Part shown: piece by piece, positions 49,477-59,195 of the stretch
How the letters are laid out: each line of letters begins with the position of its first letter
How positions within the stretch are numbered: the stretch's first letter is position 1
Assembly: GCA_046757025.1 (NCBI GenBank)
Contig: JBHHXN010000014.1
Coordinates: forward strand, 1,070 to 65,069
Direction: 5' to 3'
DNA length: 64,000 nt
Source of the DNA: a bacterium
Lineage (GTDB): Bacteria > Zhuqueibacterota > Zhuqueibacteria > Oceanimicrobiales > Oceanimicrobiaceae
Notes under the pieces: generated by a model
What the model was told of the DNA's origin: nothing
The model's input: only the letters and a program-made list of their open reading frames with translations
The model's database searches: none
Program-made: the position numbers and the translations under genes

Positions 49477-50427
49477 TCAATAGAGCAGTGACTCGCCCTG
49501 GTCGATGATGGTTTTGTTATCGATGCGGATGGTCGGTTTCAGAATGATGCCTTTGATGGCGGGAATGATTTTGCCGTGTACTTTTGTGGATTGATTTTGC
49601 CCCAAAGAAATGTGAGCGGTACCGGCAACCTTTTCGTCCTCCTGGGCCGAATAGCCTAATTTCAATGTGTTATTGGTGCCCACTCCGAATTCTTTGATCT
49701 CCCTACCGGATGCCCCCAATTTGCGCAGCTCTTTGCGCAACAGCTCCGCTTCTGGCCCGCCTTTAATTTGCGTGACGTGCCCTTTTTGAACTTTCAGGGA
49801 AATGGGCTCGCTCAGGGAGTTTGACTGCCCGGCAATCCGGTCCAGCTTGATGATGCCGTCGGTATTTTTGTTCAGAAACAGACTGGCGTCACCAGCCGGC
49901 AGGGTGCTGAATTCGCCGGCTTTGTTGGCCATACCGCCTTCGGCGTAACCGTGCAATCGGTTGATGCTGATCTTGGCATCTGTGCCAGAGGGGGATTGCA
50001 AATGCAGAGTTTTTCCGATTGAAAAAATATCGGCAAGCTTGCGGCTGATCTGATTTAGTTTTTTGTAATTGGCTTTAAACAACCGTTCGATCAATTTTTT
50101 AGAGGTGTTGTTCAAAAGCAGGATGCGTGTGCCGTTTTGCCGGGCGTTTTCAAAGAGCGCTTCATTGACCCTTTGCGTGGTCAACACCACCACCACATCC
50201 AAAAGCGCAAATGAATTATGCAAAGGAGTCAATAACTGGCAATTGTTGTTATAATCGGATGAGAATTTTGTGAAGATGGAGAATCTGGTTAATTTTTTTG
50301 CACACTGCCACAGTCCCTCACCCACTTCGGCAAGCGAATCTTCGGCAACGATCAAACAAGTCTCCTTCGACTTTATTTCCAGACAATTTCTGAGTATGGT
50401 GCGAATGGATTTGTCTAACTGGGTCAT
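49477..50427 (-). CDS. Putative aminopeptidase, M29 (AmpS/PepS)-like. The family assignment is tentative.
   Basis: 316 aa. 'AGTAHISLGQN' resembles the M29 'HIAxG' region and the overall composition fits. There is no cross-check other than the peptidase/OPT neighbourhood. Confidence 0.4.
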   Translation of the reverse strand: MTQLDKSIRTILRNCLEIKSKETCLIVAEDSLAEVGEGLWQCAKKLTRFSIFTKFSSDYNNNCQLLTPLHNSFALLDVVVVLTTQRVNEALFENARQNGTRILLLNNTSKKLIERLFKANYKKLNQISRKLADIFSIGKTLHLQSPSGTDAKISINRLHGYAEGGMANKAGEFSTLPAGDASLFLNKNTDGIIKLDRIAGQSNSLSEPISLKVQKGHVTQIKGGPEAELLRKELRKLGASGREIKEFGVGTNNTLKLGYSAQEDEKVAGTAHISLGQNQSTKVHGKIIPAIKGIILKPTIRIDNKTIIDQGESLLY

Positions 50428-50723
50428 GAGTTAATAATTGGTTTTTCCCATCAAATGTTGAACCACAATTATTTCGTCTCAGAGAAAAGTCATCCCTTTT
50501 GATTTCCTTTTCAAATGTGAAATCAATTTCCTGAAACAAGAAAAATGATTAATGTGCGAGAGATCTGAGGTTGTTAATTCGTTATGAATCGATTTTAACG
50601 TGAACGGTCGTTGTTTTGCTCATTTCAATCAGTCACGAACTGAAACTGGTTAGGTTGGGAAGCTATTAAAAGAAATTGTCTTCAATAGATCTCCCTGGTT
50701 ACCTCCTCTACGTCCAATGTATT

Positions 50724-50858
50724 TAGTGTCTGAACGAAAACGACCCTATCTTCCCTAAGGCCTCCTGGCCGAGGGTGAATTCCTGCTTGACTCGGCGGGG
50801 ACGCCTTAGCGAAGAGGTTTAGAAATCGCGCATTTCTCTAGTTTTCGTTCAGACACTA
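50724..50858. mobile_element. 135-bp MITE-like element with perfect 18-bp terminal inverted repeats (TAGTGTCTGAACGAAAAC ... GTTTTCGTTCAGACACTA). The most intact member of the dispersed family.
   Basis: The terminal repeats are exact reverse complements. The internal GC-rich hairpin 'CCTGGCCGAGGG...CTCGGCGGGG' relates to the 30529 and 48684 copies. No coding capacity. Confidence 0.55.
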
Positions 50859-50938
50859 TTTAATTGAATCTCTCGTTTAGACGTTTGTTTAACTCCCACA
50901 GAGAGAATGAAAAAAAAGATCAAGTAAAAAGCAAAGTA

Positions 50939-52180
50939 CTATATCTGTAACGCCACGTGCGCAAACACTTTGGCATCGTGGATGATGTTCTCGATTTTGA
51001 CGTATTCGTTGGGCTCGTGCAAAGTTTCATCCTGCGTTGCCCAGACTGCCACCTGGAAACCCTGATTGCGGAAAAAGGCCGCTACGGTGCCACCGCCAAT
51101 TCCCATTGGCTGGGCCTGTTTGCCGGAAATGTGATAAATGGCACGCTGCAGCGCTTTCACGATAGCGGCATCCGACGGCGTGGGCGGCGCCGCTACGACC
51201 ACTTGCTCCGTGGTTATTTCAATGGACACTCGATGCCGGCTTTCTATTTCCGAGCATATCTTTTTTACATCTTGCTGGAATTTTTCTACGTCATAATCCG
51301 GCAGTAATCGACAATCGAAATAAAAAACATCTTCCCCGGGAATGGTGTTGATGTTCGGCACGTTGGCTTCTTTTTTAGTGGGCTCGAACGTACTCATGGG
51401 CGGATCAAAAACCGCATCTTCTGTGTTATACAGCAGATACAGATCGTTCAATTTGACGATGAGATGCGCGCTGGCTTTCAGGGCGTTGACGCCGTGGTCC
51501 GGCGTGGAACCGTGGGTCTGTTTTCCTTGCACTCGGAATTTCAGCCAGACGATGCTTTTTTCCGCCACTTCGATCATGGTACCGTCTGCAATGCCGGCGT
51601 CGGGTATGAGAATTAAATCTTCTTTTCTAAAGATGCCTTTGTGATGCTCGAGCAGATATTGAATACCGTAATCGCTGCCGGTTTCTTCGTCGGATACCAG
51701 AACCAGCCCGATGTTTATTTGGGGTTGCAGCCCGGTATCGCGAAAGGCTTTGACAGCGAGAAAGGATGAAACGATGCCCTGTTGATTGTCTTCGACGCCA
51801 CGGCCGATTATCTTGCCATGTTCAACTTTAATTTCCCAGGGATTGCTGTGCCATTTGTCGAGCTCACCAGGGGGAACCACGTCTAAATGCGACATGATCC
51901 ATAACGTTTTTGAGGGATCCCGGCCTTTTATTTTAGCCACGATATTGGGTCGATTGCCGGAAGAGACTCTTTTATCCGGGGCCGGGTAGTTTGTGAGCTC
52001 GTCACATTTGAGTGCCTGTTCTAAATAGGATTGTACAAACTCGGCCTTTTTTTGTTCGCCGTCGCCGTCGTTTTCGGGCGCCAGCGCCGGAATGGCTGTC
52101 AAATTTTGTTGCAATGAAATGGCTTCATTTTCATAAGAATCAATGTGGCTGCAAATTTGTTCAAGAGCTACATTATCCAA
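50939..52180 (-). CDS. M20-family metallopeptidase (ArgE/DapE/CPG2-like)
   Basis: 'MSHLDVVPPGE' (metal-binding His-x-Asp), 'GRGVEDNQQG' and a dimerisation-domain insert are present. 413 aa. Confidence 0.8.
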   Translation of the reverse strand: MDNVALEQICSHIDSYENEAISLQQNLTAIPALAPENDGDGEQKKAEFVQSYLEQALKCDELTNYPAPDKRVSSGNRPNIVAKIKGRDPSKTLWIMSHLDVVPPGELDKWHSNPWEIKVEHGKIIGRGVEDNQQGIVSSFLAVKAFRDTGLQPQINIGLVLVSDEETGSDYGIQYLLEHHKGIFRKEDLILIPDAGIADGTMIEVAEKSIVWLKFRVQGKQTHGSTPDHGVNALKASAHLIVKLNDLYLLYNTEDAVFDPPMSTFEPTKKEANVPNINTIPGEDVFYFDCRLLPDYDVEKFQQDVKKICSEIESRHRVSIEITTEQVVVAAPPTPSDAAIVKALQRAIYHISGKQAQPMGIGGGTVAAFFRNQGFQVAVWATQDETLHEPNEYVKIENIIHDAKVFAHVALQI

Positions 52181-52193
52181 TATGAATCCTCAT

Positions 52194-52529
52194 TTACCGC
52201 CAGGTTATCGATTTGCTCTTTTCCAGGCTCTGGAAAAAGAGCGCCAATCTTTCAAAAACGGGTTCGACTTTATCGCCAAATTTAGTTTTGAGCTTGTTGC
52301 CGATTTCTTCCACAGTGACAGAACCGTTGCAATGCTCCCACACAAAACTACCGATTTCATCCAATTTGAGATGGACGTACGGCCTCTTTAAATTCGACAT
52401 GAACCATCTCCCGATCAAGTGATCGCCAAATTTTGGAATCAGCAGCACGGTCAATCCGTTTTCATTTTTTTCCCATTTTTGATTCCATTTCGGATGGCGA
52501 TATAAAAAACTATTATCCATGTTTTGCAT
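52194..52529 (-). CDS. PqqD-family protein (RiPP-recognition-element-like peptide chaperone)
   Basis: 'HLKLDEIGSFVWEHCNGSVTVEEIGNKLKTKFGDKVEPVFERLALFFQSLEKSKSI' follows the PqqD pattern (LNE.G..IW...DG..tv.eI...L...F.v.....DV..FL..L...GLI). It has a ~45-aa N-terminal extension. Confidence 0.5.
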   Translation of the reverse strand: MQNMDNSFLYRHPKWNQKWEKNENGLTVLLIPKFGDHLIGRWFMSNLKRPYVHLKLDEIGSFVWEHCNGSVTVEEIGNKLKTKFGDKVEPVFERLALFFQSLEKSKSITWR

Positions 52530-52763
52530 AAACCAAAAACGAGATTAAAGCGCGTGGAATTTTCGCACCGAAACACAGAAGGCTGTCTTTTATCAACATG
52601 AATCGGAGGTCAATTGTAACATTTCAAGTTCTTTAGTTTTGATGATGCCAACGACGATTCAGGCCCCTTGGCCGATGGCAAATACTTGCGGTTGTACGAG
52701 CCTCCTGCCGGGGGCGATTATCTCATCCGTACAAATTTATCTTTAGTTCTCTTACTTACGATT

Positions 52764-54728
52764 CTATGCCTTGGCGGCGTTGTCCATGGGAATTTTGATG
52801 AGCATGTAAAATACCATGGCAAATATCACCAAGCCTAACCAGGGCGTGTTAAAAAACGCCCAATTTGCCAGCGAAAAAGTGCTTTCCGAAACATTTAAAC
52901 CGAGCACCACAAAGGCTAAAATGACCGCCATGAGCGATTCGCCCGCAATGAGTCCGGATGCCAGAAGGACGCCGGTGTTGTCGGCTTTGGTCTTCTGTGC
53001 GTCGGTTAAATTTTTCTTTTCTACAATGCGGTCCACAACCAGTTTGATAATGCCGCCCACGAAAATGGCGGCGGTTGAGTGAAAGGGCAAGTACATGCCC
53101 ACTGCGATCAACATCGGAGAGGGCGATTTGATCAGAATCAATCCAATGGCAAAAAAGATGCCCACGATAACCAGTGGCCAGGCCATTTCACCGCCCACAA
53201 TGCCATTGGCCATCAACGCCATGAGGCCAGCCTGGGGGGCCGGCAGTGCCGCGCTACCTATTTCATACACTTTGTCCATCACGGCGATGAACGGCATAAG
53301 CAACGCACCGGCGACGATGACACCGATAATCTCGCCCATCTGCATGCGCCAGGGCGTGCCGCCTAAAATGTGACCGACTTTCAAATCCTGCGTCATGTCG
53401 CCGGCAATGCCTGCGGCGCAGCAAACCACGCCGGCCACACCCAGAACCGCAGCCACACCTTTGACGCCGGTGACACCGATGGCCACCATCAACACGGCGG
53501 AAATTAGCAGTGTGCTCAATGTGAGTCCGCTGATGGGATTGTTGGAGCTGCCGATGAGGCCAACCAGGTAGCCCGCTACCGCAGAAAATAAAAAGCCTAC
53601 CACCAGCAGCACCACGGTCAGCAGTAAGGAGCCTAAAAATGAGCCGCTAAAGTAGTGGTAGAGAAAGTATTGTGGAATGGCAAGAAGAAAAATCGCGATG
53701 ATGATTTTTTTGAAGTCCAGGTCGATTTCGAGCCTCGACACTGGTCCGGCATGCGATTTGATTTTTTGCAAGTCTTTGAAGGCTTTACCAATACCTTGAA
53801 CCAGTGAAGTGCGCAGATTGTAAAGGGTGTAAAAAGCCGCCACGATCATGGTTCCCACCGCCAGCGGTCGGATTTGATTTTTCCAGACGTCGGCGCTGAT
53901 GTTTACCCAGTTTTGACCCGCCACGTCCCCCAGAGACGGATTTAAAAAGATGGCCAGAGGCACTAACAGCAGATGTCCCATGACGGCGCCCGCGAACAAA
54001 ACCGACGAAATGCGAAAGCCGACGATGTAGCCCACGCCCATCAATGCGGGCGAGGCGATAGGCGTTTCTAAGAGAATGCCGCCCGAAAACGCCGATGAGG
54101 TGCCGGCGATCTGGATTTTGGATTCGGCAAAGGCAAAAAAGCGATTCACGTAATCCTTGATGAAGAAAATACCGTTGGGGTTTTTAAACAGCTCCAGGAG
54201 TGCGGCAATGCCCATGGCGCCGAAAACGTATCCGGCGCCGGTTGCGCCGCCCTGACCCGCTTTGACAATTTCAGCCGCGGCCACGCTTTCCGGAAAAGGC
54301 AGCTCCGCTTCCTCCACCATGGTACGCCGCAGCAACACCACGAACAGCACACCGAGTGCGCCACCGATGAGCATGATGATGGCTCCTTCCAGCAGGTGCT
54401 CAAAAGTCCACAGTGAATCCCAGACGCCGCTGATGACAAAGGCCGGAATGGTAAAAATCGCACCCGCCACCAGGGCTTCGCCCACCGAGGCCGTGGTTCT
54501 GGCGATGTTCTCTTCCAAAATCGAACCTTTGAAGATGCGTAACGCCGCCATGGCTACCACTGCGGCAGGAAAGGTTGCGGCCACGGTCAAGCCCGCTTTC
54601 ATGCCGAGATAGGCATTGGCGGCCCCTAAAACCACGGCCATCAAAACACCCAGGAAAACCGCTTTGAAGGTAAATTCTTTAAGGTCTGTTTCTGCAGGAA
54701 CGTAAGGCTTGAAATCTGGATTACTCAT
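52764..54728 (-). CDS. OPT-family oligopeptide transporter
   Basis: 654 aa with ~16 TM helices. The N-terminal 'DFKPYVPAETDLKEFTFKAVFLGVLMAVVLGAANAYLGMKAGLTV' is characteristic of bacterial OPT transporters. Confidence 0.85.
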   Translation of the reverse strand: MSNPDFKPYVPAETDLKEFTFKAVFLGVLMAVVLGAANAYLGMKAGLTVAATFPAAVVAMAALRIFKGSILEENIARTTASVGEALVAGAIFTIPAFVISGVWDSLWTFEHLLEGAIIMLIGGALGVLFVVLLRRTMVEEAELPFPESVAAAEIVKAGQGGATGAGYVFGAMGIAALLELFKNPNGIFFIKDYVNRFFAFAESKIQIAGTSSAFSGGILLETPIASPALMGVGYIVGFRISSVLFAGAVMGHLLLVPLAIFLNPSLGDVAGQNWVNISADVWKNQIRPLAVGTMIVAAFYTLYNLRTSLVQGIGKAFKDLQKIKSHAGPVSRLEIDLDFKKIIIAIFLLAIPQYFLYHYFSGSFLGSLLLTVVLLVVGFLFSAVAGYLVGLIGSSNNPISGLTLSTLLISAVLMVAIGVTGVKGVAAVLGVAGVVCCAAGIAGDMTQDLKVGHILGGTPWRMQMGEIIGVIVAGALLMPFIAVMDKVYEIGSAALPAPQAGLMALMANGIVGGEMAWPLVIVGIFFAIGLILIKSPSPMLIAVGMYLPFHSTAAIFVGGIIKLVVDRIVEKKNLTDAQKTKADNTGVLLASGLIAGESLMAVILAFVVLGLNVSESTFSLANWAFFNTPWLGLVIFAMVFYMLIKIPMDNAAKA

Positions 54729-55402
54729 TTTCCCTCCCTTCCGAAAATAGTAAATAATCCTTACCGGGAATTAAAAACTGTTGTGGTACGCCGTCTCTCT
54801 AATATGCCCCCTAAAATCTGAAAATCAACATAACAGAATTATTTTAAAAAGTCAAGCGAAAAATTGTGTTCATGGTAAAACCTCACTACTGGGGGGGTAT
54901 ATACTCTTTTTCAAACTTTAAGCTGGTAGAAAAAGCCGCTATATTCACGAATAATTAAGCACACTACTTCTGTCATTCTGGAAGAAACTTTTTAATAAAC
55001 AGCATCTTACGACTATTCTAACAAGATTCTTACAGAATGACAGCCAGGTTTCACAGAGTCTGTTTTTATAGCAATGAAAGGATTTCCCTTTATCACTGAG
55101 GATTTCCTGTTCATGAAATAGCGTTTTCTTTTTTGTTTGATTTTTTTGAAATAAATAGTATATTTATTTTTTAGATAAATCGGTTATTAGCGCGTTGAAA
55201 AACGGCTCAAATCAAGTTGAAGATATTTATTTTTGTGGGGTGATTTTAAAAATCGTTAAAGGCAAATCGCAAATCGGTGCAAGGGGGCGGACAACCGATT
55301 CGGAAGCGAAATTCGAAACCAATATCCAGAAAGTTTTTGCAGCCATGCATGCTCGATTGTGTATAAAAAGGTGTGTAAAAATGGTGGTAACCGGCTGAAA
55401 AT

Positions 55403-56197
55403 ATGACTTTTTTAATGGACATTACGCTTGGTCATTATTTTCCCGGCAAATCCATTTTACATCGGCTGGATCCGCGAAGTAAACTCCTGGCAAGTCTGTT
55501 TTTGATGACCGGCGTGCTACTTACGCATGAATTAAAACTGCTGATGATTGAGATCTCTATGCTTTTCCTGGGGATGGTTTTTTCGAAAATTCCACTGAAG
55601 ATCATCTTGAAAAATTTGAAGGGATTCTACTGGCTTTTTCTGTTGACTTTTTTGATTCATGTTTCTGATTTCAGTGGCAGCGCAAGTTTCCCGTTTGTGA
55701 ACGTCCATTTTACGCAAACGGGTCTGGTTGCGGGTGTGATTTATACCTGGCGGCTAGTTCTGATAATCATCATTACGGCCTATTTAACCCTGACGACTTC
55801 TCCTCTGGAGTTGACAGATAGTCTGGAAAAAATATTCTCACCGCTGAAAAGACTGAAACTGCCGGTGCAAGAATTTGCGATGATGATGACGATGTCGTTG
55901 CGCTTTATCCCGATTTTACTCACAGAAGCGGATAGAATCAAGCACGCCCAACTTTCACGGGGCGCGTCGCTAGAAGGCAGTTTGGTAAAGAAAATAAAAA
56001 ATATCGTTCCCATGTTGCTGCCACTGTTTATTTCGGTGATTCGGCGGGCGGACGAGCTGTCGGTGGCCATGGAAGCGCGATGTTACTCTGGCGGGGAAGG
56101 CCGCAGTCATTACCAACAGTTGACGTTTCATTCCGATGATCTGGTGGTTATGATGTTGTCAGGAGCGTTTTTACTCGGCGTCCTTTTGTTGCGATAG
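55403..56197 (+). CDS. ecfT: Energy-coupling-factor transporter transmembrane component (EcfT/CbiQ family)
   Basis: 'LDPRSKLLASLFLMTGVLL' N-terminus and the 'RLKLPVQEFAMMMTMSLRFIPIL' coupling-helix region. No adjacent EcfA ATPase genes. Confidence 0.8.
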   Translation: MTFLMDITLGHYFPGKSILHRLDPRSKLLASLFLMTGVLLTHELKLLMIEISMLFLGMVFSKIPLKIILKNLKGFYWLFLLTFLIHVSDFSGSASFPFVNVHFTQTGLVAGVIYTWRLVLIIIITAYLTLTTSPLELTDSLEKIFSPLKRLKLPVQEFAMMMTMSLRFIPILLTEADRIKHAQLSRGASLEGSLVKKIKNIVPMLLPLFISVIRRADELSVAMEARCYSGGEGRSHYQQLTFHSDDLVVMMLSGAFLLGVLLLR

Positions 56198-56215
56198 CGG
56201 GTTCTTTAAAAATTT

Positions 56216-56947
56216 ATGCGCAATATTAAGCTCACTCTCGAATACGATGGCAGCAATTATTGTGGCTGGCAATGGCAGCCAGATGACAACACGGTACAAA
56301 AAACACTGCACAGCGCCATCAAATCGGTCATGAATGATGAACCTACGTTGATAGCTGCTGGCCGAACCGATTCGGGTGTGCATGCATTGGGGCAGGTGGT
56401 AAATTTTAAAACCAACAGCCACCTCGGTCTCGATGCCATAAAAAACGGGATTAACCGTTATCTTCCAAACGATGTGTTAGTTTTGGCTGCTGAAGAAGCG
56501 GCAGCGGATTTTCATGCACGCTTTAGCGCCACAAAACGAGTTTATCGCTACGTCATCGCCAAGACCCGCAGAGCCGTAGGCCGACAATATGCGTGGTATT
56601 GCAAATATCGGTTGGAGCTGGAGAGAATCAAAACCGCTTCAGAATATCTGGTAGGCGAACATGTGTTTGCCGTATTTAGTAAAGAAACAGAAGATGAGCC
56701 GCACTATTTGTCGTACGTGGAAAGTGCCGAGTGGTCTGAAACCGAACGCGATCTTATTTTTAGAATCTGTGCCAAACGTTTTTTACATAACATGGTACGC
56801 ATGATCGTTGGAACGCTGGTGGAAGTGGGTCGCGGCAAATATGAGCCAGACATCATCGAAGAACTTCTGGAAAGCGGGGATAAAAGCCGTACCGGAGCCA
56901 CCGCGCCGCCGCATGGTCTGTTTCTCGAAAAAATATATTACAACTAA
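56216..56947 (+). CDS. truA: tRNA pseudouridine(38-40) synthase
   Basis: '[16 protein letters not shown]' and the catalytic '[18 protein letters not shown]'. Confidence 0.9.
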   Translation: MRNIKLTLEYDGSNYCGWQWQPDDNTVQKTLHSAIKSVMNDEPTLIAAGRTDSGVHALGQVVNFKTNSHLGLDAIKNGINRYLPNDVLVLAAEEAAADFHARFSATKRVYRYVIAKTRRAVGRQYAWYCKYRLELERIKTASEYLVGEHVFAVFSKETEDEPHYLSYVESAEWSETERDLIFRICAKRFLHNMVRMIVGTLVEVGRGKYEPDIIEELLESGDKSRTGATAPPHGLFLEKIYYN

Positions 56948-56994
56948 ATCGAATTAAACTATTTTCTGAAAAACCATTACCTATTAAAAGGGAG

Positions 56995-57654
56995 TTGATC
57001 ATGAAGTTTTTTTTGGACACGGCGAACATCGATGAAATTAAACAGGCTGCCAGTATGGGTATCCTGGACGGCGTCACCACCAATCCAACGCTGGTGGCCA
57101 AAGAACAAGGCAAATTCAAAGAGATGCTGATCGAAATATGTGAAGTGGTAAACGGGCCTGTGAGCGCCGAAGTGGTTTCCACCGATTTTGACGGGATGAT
57201 GAAAGAAGCGCATGATTTAGCGGCATTGCATGCAAATATTTGCATTAAAATTCCCATGACCCGCGACGGGCTGAAAGCGGTGAAAGCGCTTTCTTCCGAA
57301 AACATTCCGGTAAACGTCACGCTTTGTTTCAGTCCCAGTCAGGCGTTGATGGCGGCGAAAGCCGGCGCCACATTCGTCAGTCCCTTTGTGGGCAGAGTGG
57401 ATGACATCAGCGGCGTGGGAATGGATATCATTACCGATATTCGCACCATCTTTGACAATTATCAATTTGAGACCGAGATTTTGGCTGCCAGTCTCCGCCA
57501 TCCATTGCACGTGGTGGAGGCCGCTCTCATTGGCGCCGATGTCGCCACCATGCCGTACAAAGTGTTTGATCAATTATTTAATCATCCGCTCACCGACATC
57601 GGCTTAAAAAGATTTTTATCGGACTGGGAAAAAGTAAAGGACCGCGTGGTGTGA
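56995..57654 (+). CDS. Transaldolase / fructose-6-phosphate aldolase (type 3B, TalC/Fsa-like)
   Basis: '[16 protein letters not shown]...GVTTNPTL' and the Schiff-base Lys region 'NICIKIPMT'. 219 aa. Confidence 0.85.
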   Translation: MIMKFFLDTANIDEIKQAASMGILDGVTTNPTLVAKEQGKFKEMLIEICEVVNGPVSAEVVSTDFDGMMKEAHDLAALHANICIKIPMTRDGLKAVKALSSENIPVNVTLCFSPSQALMAAKAGATFVSPFVGRVDDISGVGMDIITDIRTIFDNYQFETEILAASLRHPLHVVEAALIGADVATMPYKVFDQLFNHPLTDIGLKRFLSDWEKVKDRVV

Positions 57655-57756
57655 GACGCATTGCACAGTCACTGCGGGTGATAGTCTGGTGTGGTTCAAC
57701 TAATTGTTTTGAAATTAAATGGAAAATCGCACAGAGATGATTTCAGGTAAAAAAGG

Positions 57757-58938
57757 ATGAATAAAATAATTGGTTTTACATTGTTTATTATTTTGGTCGG
57801 GGCGGGATGTAAAAAATCCGGGGAAGAGCGTACCACACCAGGTCAGGATTTTACCGCCAATACCATAACTCACACTGCGTTTCAAGAGCAGCAGTATGTG
57901 GATGACCAAATCAGCAACAGCCGGCATAATGCCATCACCCGGGCAGTGGAAAAAGTCAGCGATGCGGTTTGTGGTATCAATGTTACTCAAATAAGAGAAT
58001 ATTATCGTTCACCGGTATATGATGATCCGTTTTTTCGTCTGCTCTTTCCGAACCGGGTTCCACGCCAGGCGGTAAAAAGCCTGGGCTCCGGGTTTTTGAT
58101 TTCCAAAGATGGCTATATTCTTACCAATGAACATGTGGTACACAATGCTGTTGAAATCGTCGTCGTATTGTCCGATGGCAGCACCCACAACGCGGATTTG
58201 GTTGGCACGGATTACATCACGGATATCGCATTGATTAAAATTGACGGCAATAACCACCCGGTGATAGAATTTGGGGATTCCGACGACGTGATCATCGGCG
58301 AGTGGGTGATTGCCCTGGGAAATCCATTTGGGCTATTTGAAATCAATGCTAAACCTACGGTCACCGTGGGCGTGGTCAGCGCCCTTGACCGTGACTTTGG
58401 TAAACAGAAAAACAATCGCGTCTATCAGGATATGATTCAAACCGATGCCGCCATCAATCAGGGAAATAGCGGCGGTCCTCTGGTGAACAGCCTTGGCCAG
58501 GTGATCGGTTTAAACACGTTTATTTTCACCAGCAGCGATTACAATTCCGGCTCCATCGGTCTGGGGTTTGCCATCCCCATCAACCGCATTAAAGGTGTGT
58601 TGAATGAGCTGAAAGAATTTGGCGAAGTGAATAGAAGATTCTGGTCGGGACTGGAGGTGGATGACATCACGCCGCTGATGGCGCGGTATTTTCGCTTAAA
58701 ATCCTCTGAAGGAGTCATCGTAACCAACGTCAACAAAAATAGCCCTGCGGACAAAGCCGGTCTGGAAGTTGGGGATATTATTGTGGAAATGAACAACGAA
58801 AAAATCAGAAGCCGAAGCGACATCTGGCGCGTCATCGAAGATTCGGATTTGCGCGGCGGCGATCAGTTGAATCTGGTGGTGATTCGTGACCGCAAAAGAC
58901 TGAGCATGACGTTGCGGTTGGAAGAAATTGCCGATTAG
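57757..58938 (+). CDS. HtrA/DegP-family periplasmic serine protease (trypsin-like domain + one PDZ)
   Basis: Signal peptide. The catalytic triad region reads 'TNEHVV', 'DIALIKI' and 'GNSGGPLVN'. The C-terminal PDZ reads 'GLEVGDIIVEMNNEKI'. Confidence 0.85.
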   Translation: MNKIIGFTLFIILVGAGCKKSGEERTTPGQDFTANTITHTAFQEQQYVDDQISNSRHNAITRAVEKVSDAVCGINVTQIREYYRSPVYDDPFFRLLFPNRVPRQAVKSLGSGFLISKDGYILTNEHVVHNAVEIVVVLSDGSTHNADLVGTDYITDIALIKIDGNNHPVIEFGDSDDVIIGEWVIALGNPFGLFEINAKPTVTVGVVSALDRDFGKQKNNRVYQDMIQTDAAINQGNSGGPLVNSLGQVIGLNTFIFTSSDYNSGSIGLGFAIPINRIKGVLNELKEFGEVNRRFWSGLEVDDITPLMARYFRLKSSEGVIVTNVNKNSPADKAGLEVGDIIVEMNNEKIRSRSDIWRVIEDSDLRGGDQLNLVVIRDRKRLSMTLRLEEIAD

Positions 58939-59195
58939 TGTCATGAGAGAACAGGGCTTCTTTGGCTTCTTTGTGTAAGCTCTCTTTTCGGAGAGGGCGG
59001 CAAAATAGGTTGTTCAACCTTCAGAGATGGGTGAAAACTTACGGAATCTGGTAGCGATTCGTTTCTGTTTAATTTACATTGAGCGTAGCAGAAGGATGAA
59101 TTTGTCCACCCTTTTCGCGCAGTCTGATCGGGTTGTCGCGTTGAAGCAGGAATCAGTCAAATTGAAAACAAAAGGATTAATCGAAGGACATCGAG

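Noticed and set aside
52514-52600. 28-codon minus-strand ORF (MLIKDSLLCFGAKIPRALISFLVYAKHG) upstream of, and overlapping, the PqqD-like gene as a RiPP precursor
   Set aside because: No RBS is evident and there is no Gly-rich, Cys-rich or leader-core organisation. It overlaps the downstream start out of frame. It is kept only as a note inside the PqqD finding, not as a feature.
55195-55398. 67-aa ORF upstream of ecfT
   Set aside because: No RBS, odd composition and no homology cues. It is more likely an untranslated leader of ecfT.
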